Positions 11,201 to 26,200 of a stretch of DNA of 64,000 nt are shown here, piece by piece. The position numbers and the translations under genes were made by a program. The notes beneath the pieces are model-generated. The model ran no database searches and was not told the origin of the DNA. It saw only the letters and a program-made list of their open reading frames with translations. Within the stretch, counting starts at the first letter, position 1, and each line of letters begins with the position of its first letter. Origin of the DNA: Camelus ferus (Eukaryota); assembly GCF_009834535.1 (NCBI RefSeq), contig NC_045696.1:46812001-46876000 (forward strand). The letters are read 5' to 3'.

Positions 11201-14200
11201 TAAAGAATGATTGTTATTTATCCGCTGTTACCATGGGCATAAGGCATTGACAGCTATATATATACATATATTTTTTTTTTTTGAAATCACAAGCCTTGAA
11301 CATTCCACACGAGCTCACTTGCAATGCTTCTTCTTGATTTGTTCTTTTCTCCCAGAAACACTTGACACATGCCATAAATATATTTCCAGGTTTTGAATTT
11401 TCAGGAATACTTTTTATGTTGATATCAGATTCACCTCTCGCCAGCAAGGGCAAGAAAATATCACCGAATTTTACATATCTTTTGCATGCCATTCTAAAAT
11501 ATCATGGTAAATAGAGTTTCTGACAGCTAGTAGGTTGATTTGTATGGAAACATGATTATATTCCCTCATACGGAACTAAATGGTAATGGCTTAAAAAACT
11601 TAACCAGTTTTGACCCTTATAAAGAAGGAACATAAATGCCTGTATAGATAACACACCCAACGTCAGTGAGTTTAGTTAGTTCTTTTCAATCTTCTATATG
11701 TTTTTACATTGTTATTGTTCTCAGTCCTCAATTTCATTTTATGAAATTTAAACGTTTCCAGTAAAAAAAATAAACAAAAAACTCAACACCATTACAAAGG
11801 AAGAACATAGAAAATGAAATTTAAAACCCTACACTTTAAAGTAACAATTAAGGCTACAAATTTAAACTTGGAAATGATAAAAGTTAAACCTCTTACAGGG
11901 ACACACACTTACTCCAAGACAGCCTGGATTTCTTTTTTAAATCAACTGAGGATTTTATTACATTCAAGTCAAGATACATTCATTAGACTTTTCCAAAATA
12001 GAGCATCTGTAACAAGTAAAAGTTACATTGGTCGCACTTACAATTTTTACTTCCCAATACAAATGCTCAAATTTGCAACCTTAATGTTATGTATACTCAT
12101 GAGGTACACATTCAGATTACATATGAAAAACACGTCAAATTTTCTAGTCTACCATATCATTTAAAGAGCTACGTTCCTGTACCTTTTCTCTTCTTGCCCT
12201 TCAATTGACCGAAGGTGGTTCTCTGAACTCTGGCATCAGACAAGTTGATTTAAAAGGTTAATTTAGAATATTCTCAAAATGTCAAAAAAAATTGGACTAA
12301 ATTCTTTACTTACATATGGTATACTTAAATGTTAAGGTATGATAAAGAAAAAATAATTGGGGGAACTTTTCAGGATTTCAGTTTCACTTTGATTTTAATG
12401 TGAGAATAGCATGTTTGTAATTATACCATTTTCACAGGCTTCTTAGGGGTGTAGCGGTGGGGAAGTGGGGAAAGAAAGGTCAAGAGGGTAGCAGCTAGAC
12501 AATGCCTATTCCCATTTGAGTCAGCATCTCCAGACCTGTTGGTCTTTGTTAGATACAGAAGGCCTGGGAGAGCATGGGAATAAAAGAGAGCGGTCCAGAT
12601 AATGAGGGGAAAAAAGAACAAAGCACTGAGCATCCGTCACGGACACCTAACACTACATCACGCTGCGTGGATGCTGCAGGTCACATACTGTTCTCAAGCA
12701 TTGATGGGAGCACTGCCACCAGCAGTGCCAGCTGCAAGAACCAGACAAGTGGTGACTAGAAGACTCACAAAAACAGAGTACGTATCAACATTCGTAGTGC
12801 GACGCTCATGATGGCTACCAAAGGAATGCCGCTCTGCTTCAGAAGTCTAAACTATTTTACAGCTTGAACTAAGAAAATTTTATCAAGGAAACAACTTCTT
12901 GCTTTCCCCTCTTCTCCACCTCTACATCCCTAAGAAGCCTCTGAAACCAGCGTAATTTATGACACAGGAACTAAAGATAGGTGAATTTTACTTAAGCATT
13001 TTAATTGTTTATCAAATAAGCATTAATTAAAGGGGACAAAGAATATATAACAGAATTGAATTCAATGATTAGTCAACGAAAGCTAAAGTTCAGAAATAAA
13101 GGTAAAATTTCTTTGAAAGTACTGTGCAGGTCATGTGGGGAATTTTCTAACTGTAACAATTCAAGGTTTGAGTTAACTTTTAGAAACACATAAAGCTCAC
13201 CTAAAGAAAGTCAGTCAGAAAGACTGACTTTTTTACTCTATTAATTTGTAACTTTTGATTATTTTGACAAATGTTTGAGTCTTCTTTATTTCATAAATAA
13301 AAAACAGAAATCTTTTTTTTAAAGGGAGACTAATATAAACCAGATTGTAGGGAACATCTTTAGCTTAAAGTAAGACATCACAGTAGTTTTAAGTACCTAA
13401 TATATTAAAAAGCATCTATCTTTATAAATGCATTAAAAATAAGAATTCATACAGAAATCTGTTATTTGAAAACTAGAAGATTAAATATTAAGTTTAGAGA
13501 CATTAAGCCATGTCCATACTTACTAACAACTACTGGAAGAGTAGTAAAGGCCTAAATTTAAAACTCAGTGTTTTTATCATATTGGTTTTAACTAAAAATA
13601 TGTTAAAATCCAAGAGTCAGAGGACACTGCTCTTTGATTAACGGAAGTGACAGATTTTGAATTTCAGTTCCTGTATACTTAGGGGAGTCCAGGGCTGTAA
13701 ATGGTCTGCAAGAAGAGGGGCAACTGACTAACAGGGCCCTGTGAAAGGGCTCTACCATGCAAACAATGGGCCAAGTAAACATCCTATTTTATGAATTAAA
13801 ATGAATCCTCAACAATCTCTCCTTTCACTTCGTATAAAAAAGTCTATACATTCTAAAACAAGAAGCTGTTTTCTTTTAAACCAGCTAATAATCTAAACTT
13901 TGCATTCATTCATACGGCTTCTACCCTCCTTTACTGCCCCCAAAGCATTGCAATTTTATCATTTAAAAAAGCACAGCAGCATTCGCTGTGCTTTCTCGTG
14001 TTTGGAGTTACCAATACATTTCTTTGGTCCTAAATTGTAAGAATCAACCAAAATCATTATCCAGATTATACATTTGAAATTCTTGGCACAGGCTAACAAA
14101 AATAAAGTTGACTTACCAAAACATTTCAAATAAACTAATCCAAGTAATTCTGCTAGAGCTGTAATACCCAAACCTGAAATCAGAAGAGGGCCATGCACCG

Positions 14201-17200
14201 GGGCACACTCTGTAAAAACAAATGAAATTTTATATCAGGAATTCTCATGAAATAACTTCATGGTTTTTTTTTTAAAGAATCAACAATAACAGCAATAATA
14301 GCAAGTTTTAAGGAGAGTAATTCTTTTTCTAATTATTAAGAAACAAAAATTATCGACATATGTTCATCACTATTAAGTCAGTCAGTGAAATGACTCCAAA
14401 TTATGGAAATGAACGAGCCTTTATCTGTACAACATGTTATCTTATTACATCAAGAGTAATGGAAAACAGTGTATAGAAGCCTCAGGCTCCAACCAATTGG
14501 ATGGAGCCTGGTTATTTTAAAAGTTCTCCCACAAATACAGCACACACGGCCAATATTTCTCACGGCAGTGTGAAAAGCACTATTCTCAGCGGGGTGAAAA
14601 TAAGAGTTACAAAAGAAAAGCTCACAACGCCAAATGTTGACAAGGATGTGGAATACCAGGAATTTTCATTCATTGCTGGTGGTAATGCAAAATGGTGCAG
14701 CTACCTTGGAAGACAGTCTGGCAATTTTTTAGAAAACTAAATATATTCTTAACGTACAACCCAGCACCTGCACACTCCCTGGTATTTACCTCAAATGGAG
14801 TTGAAACTTACATCTACGCAAAAACACGCATGTGGATGTTTAGAGCAACTTTATTCTTAATCCACCCAAAACTGGAACCAATCAAGACGTCCCTCAATAG
14901 GTGAGTGGATGAACAAACTGTGGTGCACTCATACAATGGAATGTTATTCAATGCTACAAAGAAATGAGCTATCAGGCCGCAAAAAGACATGGAGCAACCT
15001 TAAATGACTATTACACTAAGTGAAAGAAGCCAATCTGGAAAAGGCTACATACTGCATGATTCCAACTGTGAGACATTCTGGAAAATGCAGAACTATGAAG
15101 ACAGTAAGAGGTGGTTGCTAGGGGTTTAGCGGGTGGATGAACAGTCAGAGCACAGAGGACTTACAGGGCAGTGAAACTTTTCTGTACAGTATTATGTCTA
15201 CGACTATATATTTATCAGAATCATAGAATGTACAACACCAAGCATGAACCCTAATGTAAACTGTGGATTTTGGGTGATAATATGTCAACGTTGGTTCAAT
15301 GACCATAACACATTTACCACTTTGTTGGGGGATGCTGATCGTGAAGGAGGCTATTATGTGGGGTATACGGGAACTCTGCACTTTCCAGTCAATTTTGCTG
15401 TGAACCTAAAGCTACTCTAAATGATAAAGTCTATATATTAAAAAACAAAAGAAAGAAAGAAAAAGAACAAGAAAGAAGAGCTGCAGTCCAAGAGAAATCT
15501 TACTAAGACAAACTGAGACTAGAGCAGTTTAGGACTCTTACCTGAGACACAGAGGCTTAGTCCAACCACAGAGAGCACGTAGCCCAGGCCCTGAAGGATC
15601 AGTATGGCAATGGTGAAGGAGGACATCTCAATAGCTGGAGGGAGGAAAAGTGGGTTGAGAGTATTTAAGAAGCAGTCACTCCTACTTGTATTTTGTGCAA
15701 TCAAGAATAATATCCTTTGATCAAAGACTGACTCCATAGCTCCTTGTCAGATGGTAGACTCTTTTCCAGTGACCTAAACCTTGCCTCTCCACATAGGTAG
15801 TCAGCTCCAGATTCACACATTCAGCAATCTCTCAGTTCCACAGTGAGCTAAGCTGGACTGGCAGTTTTTACCCCAAATCTTAAAACAATACTGCTTTCAC
15901 CAAATTTGTGCATTTCACAACGTGAATGGCTTTTATGTATAGCTTTACCACACGCACACAAAATTGCTCAGGCGGGGAGAACCATTACGCAAAAATGCCA
16001 CTGTAAACGTCCTAGCCTATCTCCTGTGTGTCTAGATCTGTGTTTTTATAACAAATCAACACCCTTCCAATGCACAGCAAGCCAGAGATGGGCTCTAAGA
16101 CAGGCCAAGAGTTAAACGTGCAAATAGAAAAAAACACATTCTGCAACAATAAAAAAATATGTTAGTGACTTACTCCCCAAATGCAGTGAAAATGACTCCA
16201 ATTATAGGTTGGATATCTATGTCATCTTTTAAAACTACAATGTTAAGATCTGCCAGTTACTAAAAACATAATAAATAAAGCCGCTATTTGTTATTTATAG
16301 CCCTATATTGTAGAAGTACTTTTTTTAAACAGAGAGGCCTAGCGAACGAAGAGAAAGGGCATGCTTAATATCTACTTATAGCTTCAAAAACAAAAACATG
16401 AAGATAATCATTAAGAGATTATATAGCATAGTTTAAAAAATTCACTGATACCAAAGACATACGAAAATCACTTTTTTACAAGACGACTGAGTGCCTTGAA
16501 AAATACCTAAGCTAATCTTAAAGTTAATCCATATGGGGGAAATGTCACTAAGAATAGCCTGCGAAGTCTTTTAATAAACCAACTTCTCCTGAGTTCTTAA
16601 AAAAATTACAAGAATATTTTGACCCAAAATGCCACTTTTTAAATGAAAAAGGTGGGCAAAATCATGCTGAAACATCAAATACTTACCTATTATAAACACA
16701 CAGTACTGTAGTAATATTAATATTGCTGTAGGAATTACAATTAGACCAAGTCCACAAGCATTCTTTGCTGAATATTCACCTGTTAATTAAAAATAATAAT
16801 TATTATTTTCCTACATACCTCCTACTTTTATGGGGACATTAAAGTACTTATTAAATGTATCAATCTCAATACTACTCTTATAAACTGCAAAGGGTTTAAA
16901 AATATGTATGTTTCTCCCAAAACTTCTCACAAGAATAAATGACTATTTTTTAATTATTCAAGACCAAACTAAGACATACAAATGTCAACATCTAAGTCTC
17001 AGTATGTCAAACCTTGAACTGGCTCTGCCTCCTTCTTAACTACCTTACAGAATTCCAGTGGAGTCATCTCTTACCATTCCCTTCAGTTTGCTATATTCGG
17101 TCTGTCCCAAAGTCAAAATAGTTGTTCTTTCAAGTTGTCTTCTGAATTCATCTCCTCCCTCCCCATGTTTTCACTAACTCCAGTTGCAAACACAGCTGTC

Positions 17201-20200
17201 AAATTTATGTGCCTAAACCTTACACCTATATTGTACTCTGCTCAAAAAGCAACAAAGGCTTTCTACAGTCTACACTTTTGAGTCCCAGACTGTCTCTGCT
17301 GTTTCTACCATGTGCTACTCACTTTTATCTCCCACTCCCACTGCCATCCTCCAAGGGCAAGTTTCAGATAGATCTGTTTCCCACATTCATTCCCACTTCT
17401 GTGTCTTGGCCAATGAAGAGTGCCTCTGTAGTGGGTTGAATGGTAGCTCTAAAGCTCTGTCCACCTCCACATCTCCCAAATCTGTGAATATTAACTTATA
17501 TAGCAAAAGAGCAAGCATCACATTACATAGTAAAGTATATGATTAAGGATGCGAAAGAAGCAGCTTGTCCTGGATTACCCAGGTGGGTCCTGAATCCACT
17601 GACAAAAGTCTTTGTAAGAGAGAGGCAGAGGGAAATTGAATGAAGACATGGAGAAGACACAGAGGAGAGGAGGAGGCAATGTGACCAGGGAGGGCATTGG
17701 AGTTATGCTGCTGCAAGCCAAGGAGTTGCACAGATTGTCAGCAAACACCAGAAGCTAGGAGAGTCAAGGAATGAATTCTCCTCTAGAGTCTCGGGAGAGC
17801 ATGTGGCCCTCATGATATCTTTATTTCAGACTTACGGCCTCCAGAACTATTAGAGAATTTCTATTGTTTTGAGATACCCCATTTGTGGTAATTTGTTACA
17901 GCAGCCCTAGGAAACTAACGTGCACCTCCCTAGAAATGCCCTCAGCCATGTCAATCCTGTCTTCCCCCACGATAACTGTGTGTCTTACCTGGGATGAAAA
18001 GAATGGCTCCAACAATGACAGTGATGGTGAGCATTAGTCCAGCAACTAATAAAAAAATAGTTTTCTCCCTCGTAAAACTGGATTTATATTGGAGTGCTTT
18101 AAAAAAGAACACAAGAATTACATGAACTCAATCATAAGAAGTAAAGCCATTTCTGTAACTTACAAGGTGCAGAGATTAAATGGGTAACTTACTATTATTG
18201 AATAACCTTTGAGGAAAAACTGCTTTCATATCATGTTAAGTCATCTCAAATCTTTTTCATAATAAGTCAATGGCTAACTGGTGTCACAGTAGTTTAAATA
18301 CTGGATGCTGAATTAAGTTTTTTCTTTAACTATAGTACTTTTATTTGGGGGGTAATTAGGTTTATTTATTTATTTGTAAAAATTAATTAGTTAATTTAAC
18401 AGAGGCACTGGGGATTGAATCCAGGACCTCATGCATGCTAAGCATACGCTCTACCGCTGAGCCACACCCCTCCCACCTTGGATGCTGAATTTATAGGTGA
18501 TACTTTATCCCCCTTGAAGTTATATATGTATGTATACACAAACACACACACCAGGCTTTCTCAATCATGGTGTTATTAATATATTGGATCAGATAAGTCA
18601 TTCTCGGGGGGCTGCTCTGTGCATTATAAAATGTTTAGTATCATCTGTAGCCTCTACACATTTTGTGCCAGTAACAGCCCCCAAGTTGTGTCAATCAAAA
18701 ATGTTTCCAGACATTATCAAATGTCACCTGAAGAACAAAACTGCCTCAGGTTTACAACTGATATGCCCAATGCTGATGAGAAATAATTGGCTAATTAGTA
18801 ATACTGGGAAAAAGAGAACTTTGTTCCACCTTATATAAAATTAGTAAAGCATCTGGAAATTTAGATATTTTGTTTTGAAGAAGTAGAATAAACAGTGGAC
18901 AAATCACACCCTCTTGAAACCCTGAGGTGGGGGGAAATGCTTAAATCATTCAACTAAAATAATTTCGTAAACTACAAATACTCAACAGGTCTCAACATAC
19001 ATGTTATGTTTTTGAGGCTAGCTCTATTGTCAAGTATCCAGCTTCTCTAAAAGAATAATGTACTGCAGAAGCCTAAAAATGTTATTTTTTTAATCATACA
19101 TTCACCTTTTGGGTTTTGTTTTGGTTCATATCAAAATTAATTTTTCACCAAGAAAGTTGTTAAAAATAATCTAAAGGCAGACTGAGTAGCAAAGAGAAAC
19201 AGAGTTACATGACCGAAATCCTGTTGTGTTTTATCCACACATGATATTCTCACTCTCCATGCCATTAATCAACGGGTGACTGTCCTGAGGAGGAAATTTT
19301 AAATAATTTTATATTTAGCATTTAATTTGTGCTCACTAAAATGACAAACAGACCAATTACAGTTAAAACAACAAACCCCTAAGTGACCATGATAAAATCT
19401 ACATTGACAGTATTTTAAGTATAATTTAGCACCTGAATTTACAGTCTCGACTCATACTCTAGATTGTAACCCCCACTTTGTCCTCTTTATGTGGAGATGA
19501 AGGGCTAACTAGTAGTCAGTCCTGAAGCTGAGTAACTGAAATCCACATTAATCAGAAAAGAGCAAGAAACAACCTGGCTAGTTCCCCAAGCTTTCATTTG
19601 ATCCATCCAGCCTTGGAATTTAGGTGCCTATGACTCAGTCATATCCCTGCCTTCTTATAAGGGCACAGATTTTGAGCTTCCTTATTCTCTAGGCTCAAAC
19701 ACTGACCAGGATGAAATTCAGTGCATAGGTCACAAAAGGCACAGACACAGACAGAAAAAGAAACTTTCTCTAGACATGTGTCAGGGTTTCCATTTTAATC
19801 CCATGTATATTGTTATCTAAAAAGAGCTTGAAAGTTCTGCAATTATAAGATAGAAGCCATTTCAAATGTACCTCACAACCAAACATTCATAAGAAACTCT
19901 TCTAGGTTTAATTTGACACATAAAAGAGCTACAAAGATCAAGCAGCAAGAATTCACCTTAGAGTATAGACGTTCATGCAAAAAGGCTGACTTAAAGCTTT
20001 TTTAACAAAAGAGTTTGAACCTCATACAAAATACACCCTCTTCAGGCTTAGAAGAGCTGTGAGAGGAAAATAATGTCAACAACAGCAACAAAAATAAAAT
20101 GCCACAGGATACTACTATTGACAATGTTTTACCACAAAATGGCCTTTTCAATACCTTTTGGAGGTAGCTTTGGCTCCTATTGATTGGTTCAAGTACTACG

Positions 20201-23200
20201 TATTTCCAGGGCTACCTAAACTCTTCCTTAAAATTAAGAACCCTTTTCTAACATACATTTGTGGGGTCTATTCAAGTAACCTCTGGCAATGAACGAGTAT
20301 CTCCATGTTTTCTTTAGTGAACCTTTAAAAAGGATTTCTTTCGACTCATCTTCTTTGCTTACAATGGCCGCATTTTAGCAGGTCCATAGCGAGTCTGGAG
20401 AAGGTACCTCTTTGCCAGGTCCAGCTGGCAACTTTTCCAGTGTAGCTAAAGGGTCAGGAATCTGATACAGATGCCACAGAATCCAATAATCTGAAGGATC
20501 TTTTCTTGTCCTTTAATGAGTGGATTTATTCTTATTTATAAAATCTATCAAAATTTTAAATGTAACAATGAAAATCAATTCAAGCAATTCCCCAAACACT
20601 TAGCATTATGCAAAAGATAATTTAATGTGTTCTTAGCTGGGAGCTCTTATCAAACTTCCTGGTATGATTTTACTGGCTGCCTGGCAAGACAATCTACATA
20701 ATTTTAAAGAGCTGCATACTTTAATTCTCCTTAACTAAAAGTACTGAAATAAAGGCACAAAATAAAATAAGGGAAATACAGTATTTTATACTTTTTAAAG
20801 ACTTTCTTTTTTTAAAGTGCAGTTTTAGGTTTTACAACAAAACTGAGAGGGAGGTACATAGAATTACCACATACTCCCTGCAGTCTTCCTCATTATCAAC
20901 ATCACTTATCAGATACATTTTTTACTAAGGATGAATCTGTATTAACATATCATAATCACCCAAAGTCTTTAGTTTATGTTAGGGTTTGTTCTTGGTGTTG
21001 TACATTCCATGGGTTTGGACAAATGTATAATGCCTCATGTCCAATATTATATATTACACAGAGTATTTTCACTGCCTAAAAATCCTCTGTGCTCTGCCTA
21101 TGCACCTCTCTTCTCAGCCACCCACCCCTCGTAACCACTGATCTTCTAATTTTCTCCAAAGTTCCACCTTTTCCACGATGTTTTATAGCTAGAATCATAC
21201 AGTATATATACATAGCTTTTCAGATTGGCTACTTTCACTTAGTAATATGTATTTAAGGTTCCTCCATGTCTTTTCACGGCTTGATAGCTCATTTCTTTTT
21301 TAGTGCTGAATAATATTCCATGGTCTGGATGTACCACAGTTTATTCATCCATTCACCTACTGAAGGGCATCTTGGTTGCTTCCAAGTTTTGGCAATGATT
21401 TTCAACTCCATTTGGGTAAATTCCAAGGAGTACAATTATAGGATCATATGGAAAGAGTAAGTTTAATTCTGTATAAAACTGCCAAACTGTATTCTTAAAT
21501 GACCGTACCATTTTGCATTCTCACCAGCAATGAATGAGAGTTTCTACATCCTGACTGGTATTTAGTGTGGCCAGTATTTACATCTTTTAACAAAACTTAT
21601 AAATTCAGTGCTGCCTGACACAGAAATTCACAGGGATATGGGAAGACAGTATCAATTTTTTTCAACAAATTAGGAATTCTAAAAGTTTTCCTTCTATTAA
21701 AAAAAGTATACCTTCTATAAAATAATTAAATCTAGCCAGCTACTTCTCAGAAAGGAGATGGGTTGGTTCATTCATTTGCCCTACAAATATTTACTGTGTA
21801 CCTACAATGTACTGGGTCCTTTTATTAGTCCAAGCTGTATCAACCAGAATGAGGCAGGAGTAGACTTCACTTTATTCAATAATAACTGAATACATTACAC
21901 TACATGACAATTGCTATTCTAAGCGCTGGCAGTGAACAAAGACAAACACTTTTGCCTCGATGCCCTTACACTCTAATATGTGAATGAGTGTGTATGGGTG
22001 GGGAGGCAGGAGGGAGAAGGGATGGGGAGTGTTACCCCCAACCCCAGATCTCCTTCTCCACTTAAATAAAAGGTATGGGTCTACTGTAGCCTGAGAAAGC
22101 CCCTTTATGTATTTAATCTTTCAAATTCATATGAATGGAGAAATGACATGTCCTTCCGGTCACCTGAAGAAACAGTTAGCTAATATTATGAACAGATACT
22201 CCATCAAGGTTTTCACATCTCTTTGGTACTTACATAAAGCACCAACAAGACAGAATGTGGCTAAATGTAGTGAAATTACCAGGCTCAACTCAGAGATCAA
22301 ATAAAATCTATCATCTTAGTTTTCACAATACTCCAAAGATGCGATTCAGTAAGCCCATACAGATTCACAGAGACTGAACTCCATCCAACAAAACTTGAAA
22401 ATCCATGAATTCAATGCCTGTCCTAAACACATGACGTTTAGACGACCCTTTACCAAGTGATTAGTGAGTTAGTGGCGAGATAGAAAGGTTAACCAGTGAG
22501 GTATAATGCACATCAAATAAAGAATAAATCATAGATGGAGACATATGTTTAACTTTGTTAATATAGTGCTATTGTCTGATAACTGTAGGTAAGGAACTTT
22601 AGGATTTTTTGGTATCTGTTAAGCTGCAAATCAACATTGTCTCTGATGCAAGATAAAACAATCTGATGTTTTAAAATAAGATTTCAAAATGTTGAATTAT
22701 TTAATTAAATTTAAATTACTATTTAAAAAATATTTAATACACTCATTAAAAAACAATGAAGGCTTTGTGAAACTGGTACTGAATAAAAATGAATATTAAT
22801 GTATTATTGGCATTAATATTCTGATTAATATTAATAAACTGATTCCTTGCCAGGAGGTAAGAAAAATAATTTTATAATGAACTCTGTCCAACTTGCTTTA
22901 ATGAAACAATTTTGTCAAAATGAAGACTGACTAGGAATCACATTCCTAGTTTATAGGACTCAGAATAAAAGAGTCCAAGCTTTGTGAAGCTTGAGCTTTG
23001 AAGGACTTTGAATATCAAAGATAAAAGAGGATGTCCAACACACCAACTTCCTTTCCTTGGTTCCAAACGTTCCCTGGTCTTGTGGATGATGCCACACTTC
23101 AGAATCTAGGCAGGAAGTTGGGATGTCTGAATTTGGAAAGGGTCAAAGGAACAGCAAAAGGAATAGCAACCATATTTCTACAAAAAAGCATACTGCTGCA

Positions 23201-26200
23201 TAAAGTTTTGTTCAGTTCCTTCTACAATAAAATCAGTGCATAAAAATATGATTTAATAACAGAATTTGGTAATTATGTGGACAGGACCAAGGGGAAGCAA
23301 TGAGAGTTCAAGATTATTTAACAGAACTTTGTAATAATATTTATTGTGATTTTTTTTTTCCTGGGTAGAAATCTCCTGGTATAGTTAGTATCTGTCTTTA
23401 CTTCTTCAGAATGATTTTTCTAATCAACAAAGAATTCTGTTCCATTACTTTTTTTAAATGTACTTTCATGGCCTAATCACTTTCAATATTAAGCTATTCC
23501 TCAAAATTGAACTCAAGGACTTGGCAGGATCTTAAGGCTGCTGTGAGAGAAAAACTTTTTTCCTTGAATTTTCCAACAATGATTTCTGCAGGGATCTGTA
23601 ACTAATATCTCTGGGCAGTAAGCAAAGTCTTTGTAGAATAATTGTGAGCGGGAACTAGAAAGTTAGAAAACAAAATGAAAAATGCTTAGAATGCACAAAT
23701 TTGAAATAAATTACAGCTGTCCTTGCTTTGCCTGGTTCTAATATGCATGAATTTCAGTTACCATGGTTTAGTTAATTAACACAAGTCTCCCAAAAACACA
23801 GTTCAAATTTCAGTTACCACAATATATTAACTAACTGCATGAAGAGCAAACTTCACTGCTCCCTCTTCAGTCCACAAATCACTACATAAAAAAAGATGTG
23901 CATCATCATCAGTGACCAATCATGTCACTTTTTTCAAAGGCTGCTGTGATTGGTCCCTGCACATCCATTACACAATTCACGCACAGACAGCAAAGCATTA
24001 TGTTGGGTAACCTCCTGTCTCCCAGTAATAAACCACTGTGACATTTTACAACAGGTAGTCAAGAGAGGAAACTGGGCAATAACGATGAAAGAACAAAGAA
24101 ATAAGACGTAATAATGCTGGAAGTGAATGAAATTCAAACAGATCATAAATGGCATTATAGAACACCTAACCGTGGGAATGTCAACCCTATCGCCATTCAA
24201 GAGACTCTAGATACTCAGAGAACTTAGTAAAAGTCAACTTATTGGCATGCATGAGGACAGTGAGGAGGCTGTGACAAAAAAATGAAGATGTCCTGGAAAA
24301 AGCAATTCTGTCGAAAAACATTTCATATGAGAGGAACTCCTGGAGCTAGTTCACGACATCGAAACCGCAGAAGATAAAATACTGCAAGTGGACCGAACTG
24401 AGGAAGGAGTACGACAATTCACCAAGGTAGAGAAAAGATGCCGGCTCTGTATTCAAAGCTATACAAGAAGAAAGCAAGCACTGTTCAAACCACTCTTGAT
24501 AAAACACTTTAGTTCTCACTGCTTTTAATGTTTTAATTTTCCATGCACTAAATATTAGTTTTACTATTTTTTTATGTCCTCATATAGTTATTACTGACAG
24601 TAAGAGAGTTTTTACTGTTTTGACAAAAAATTTAAAGGTAATGGAACACCAATAATTTCTGGCATTTATCATCAGATTGCTTTGTAGGATTTCAGCTTAC
24701 ATGGTCATGTTGATGGTCTCGTAGTTCTCATAGCAAGGACTCCTTGTGTACAACAATTGTTCTAAGGAAGAAAAAGTATGAATAGATATACCTATCCCAA
24801 AGAATTCCAACATGTTACCCAGTTCTTGACATGGAGTTGAATCTTAATCCTAAAGGAATTGGAGGTCTTAATGGGTAGTACTTGCAATTATTTATCAAAC
24901 ATCTAAATGATGGAAAATACTTGTTACATTGTCAAACAGTGAGAAAGAAGAACCCTGAAAATCAGCCAGGAACATAATTGTCAGTGCAGTGGGAAATGGA
25001 GTTGGTACAGTTTTCAGAAGAAAAACAAAGTATCTGAAATGAAATACTATTAGAGATTTGTTAAGGTTAAAGCTCAGTGTTTGATTCGAATAATCTCTGA
25101 GCTGTTTGCTAAGCATAAGATTCTGCGTAAAAGTTCGTAAGTTAAAGTGAAAGGAGAAGGTGTCTAGGGACATTTTCCTGCAAGTCTTTTGTCTTCAAAA
25201 ATGTGGTCCAGGGCTCACCACACACGGGAGCCCTTGGCTTGGTTTCAGGAGTTTAGATGTCTTCTCAGGCTTCGTTCTCAGCAGCATCAATGGCATTATG
25301 AGATACAGTTCAAGACACAGTTCTGGTACAAGAAAACTCTTTCTCCTTAAAGTGAAGGCATGGTCTGCTGTCTTTACTAGATGTTTAGCTGACAGAAGGT
25401 CTAGGTTTCGTCTTGGACCACCAAAAGGAATGACATACAGAGTAAGAAAAACCAAAGAGAAATTCCCTGCGGTCAAGCACAGACCATAAACGGTAAAGAG
25501 AAAAAGTTAAAAGGAACTGAAAATCTAGAAAGTGAAAGTCATGGATCTGAATTACTATTAATACTTCAGAGGCTCTAAGATTCTGCACTCTAAAAATGCT
25601 AAGCAACCAGCGAGTGGAAAACAGAGGGGCTTTCCTGTTGGTGGAATCCCCAGGCCATAAACAGGAGGCTTCCTACAAAAAGTACCAAGGGAAAAGTAGA
25701 TTTAGAGTCATGTCTATCCCAAAGATGTGACAAAAGGCACAAGCACGCACACTCACATATCTCCTCAACAGAAATGGGAGTGCTACAAAGCCAGGGGCAA
25801 TATATATTTCACTTCCACAATCTCGCATATAGCCCAGTGCCTAGCAATCAGTAGGCACCCTGTCAAAAGACATTTGTTGAACACATACAGTGGGTTCAAA
25901 TTCTGCTCTATCAGTAACAGTTTCATTTACTCAGTATGTGCACCCAACATAGGTTCACTCTTCGTGGAAGGGAGGGAAAAAAAAAAAACCCTCTAAAAGT
26001 AAGTCTAAGACAGGGAGGCAGTATAACGCAGTGGTAAACAGCACTGGTTCAAATCCCGGTACTACTAAGAAACAGCTGAGTAATTGTGGGCTAACTGCCT
26101 GACCTGTCTGTGCCTCTGATCCTTGTCTACGAAATAAGAAGAATAACAGTACCTACCCCCACAGTGGTTCTGAAAGAAATGTGATTTCAAGTGTAGAGTA

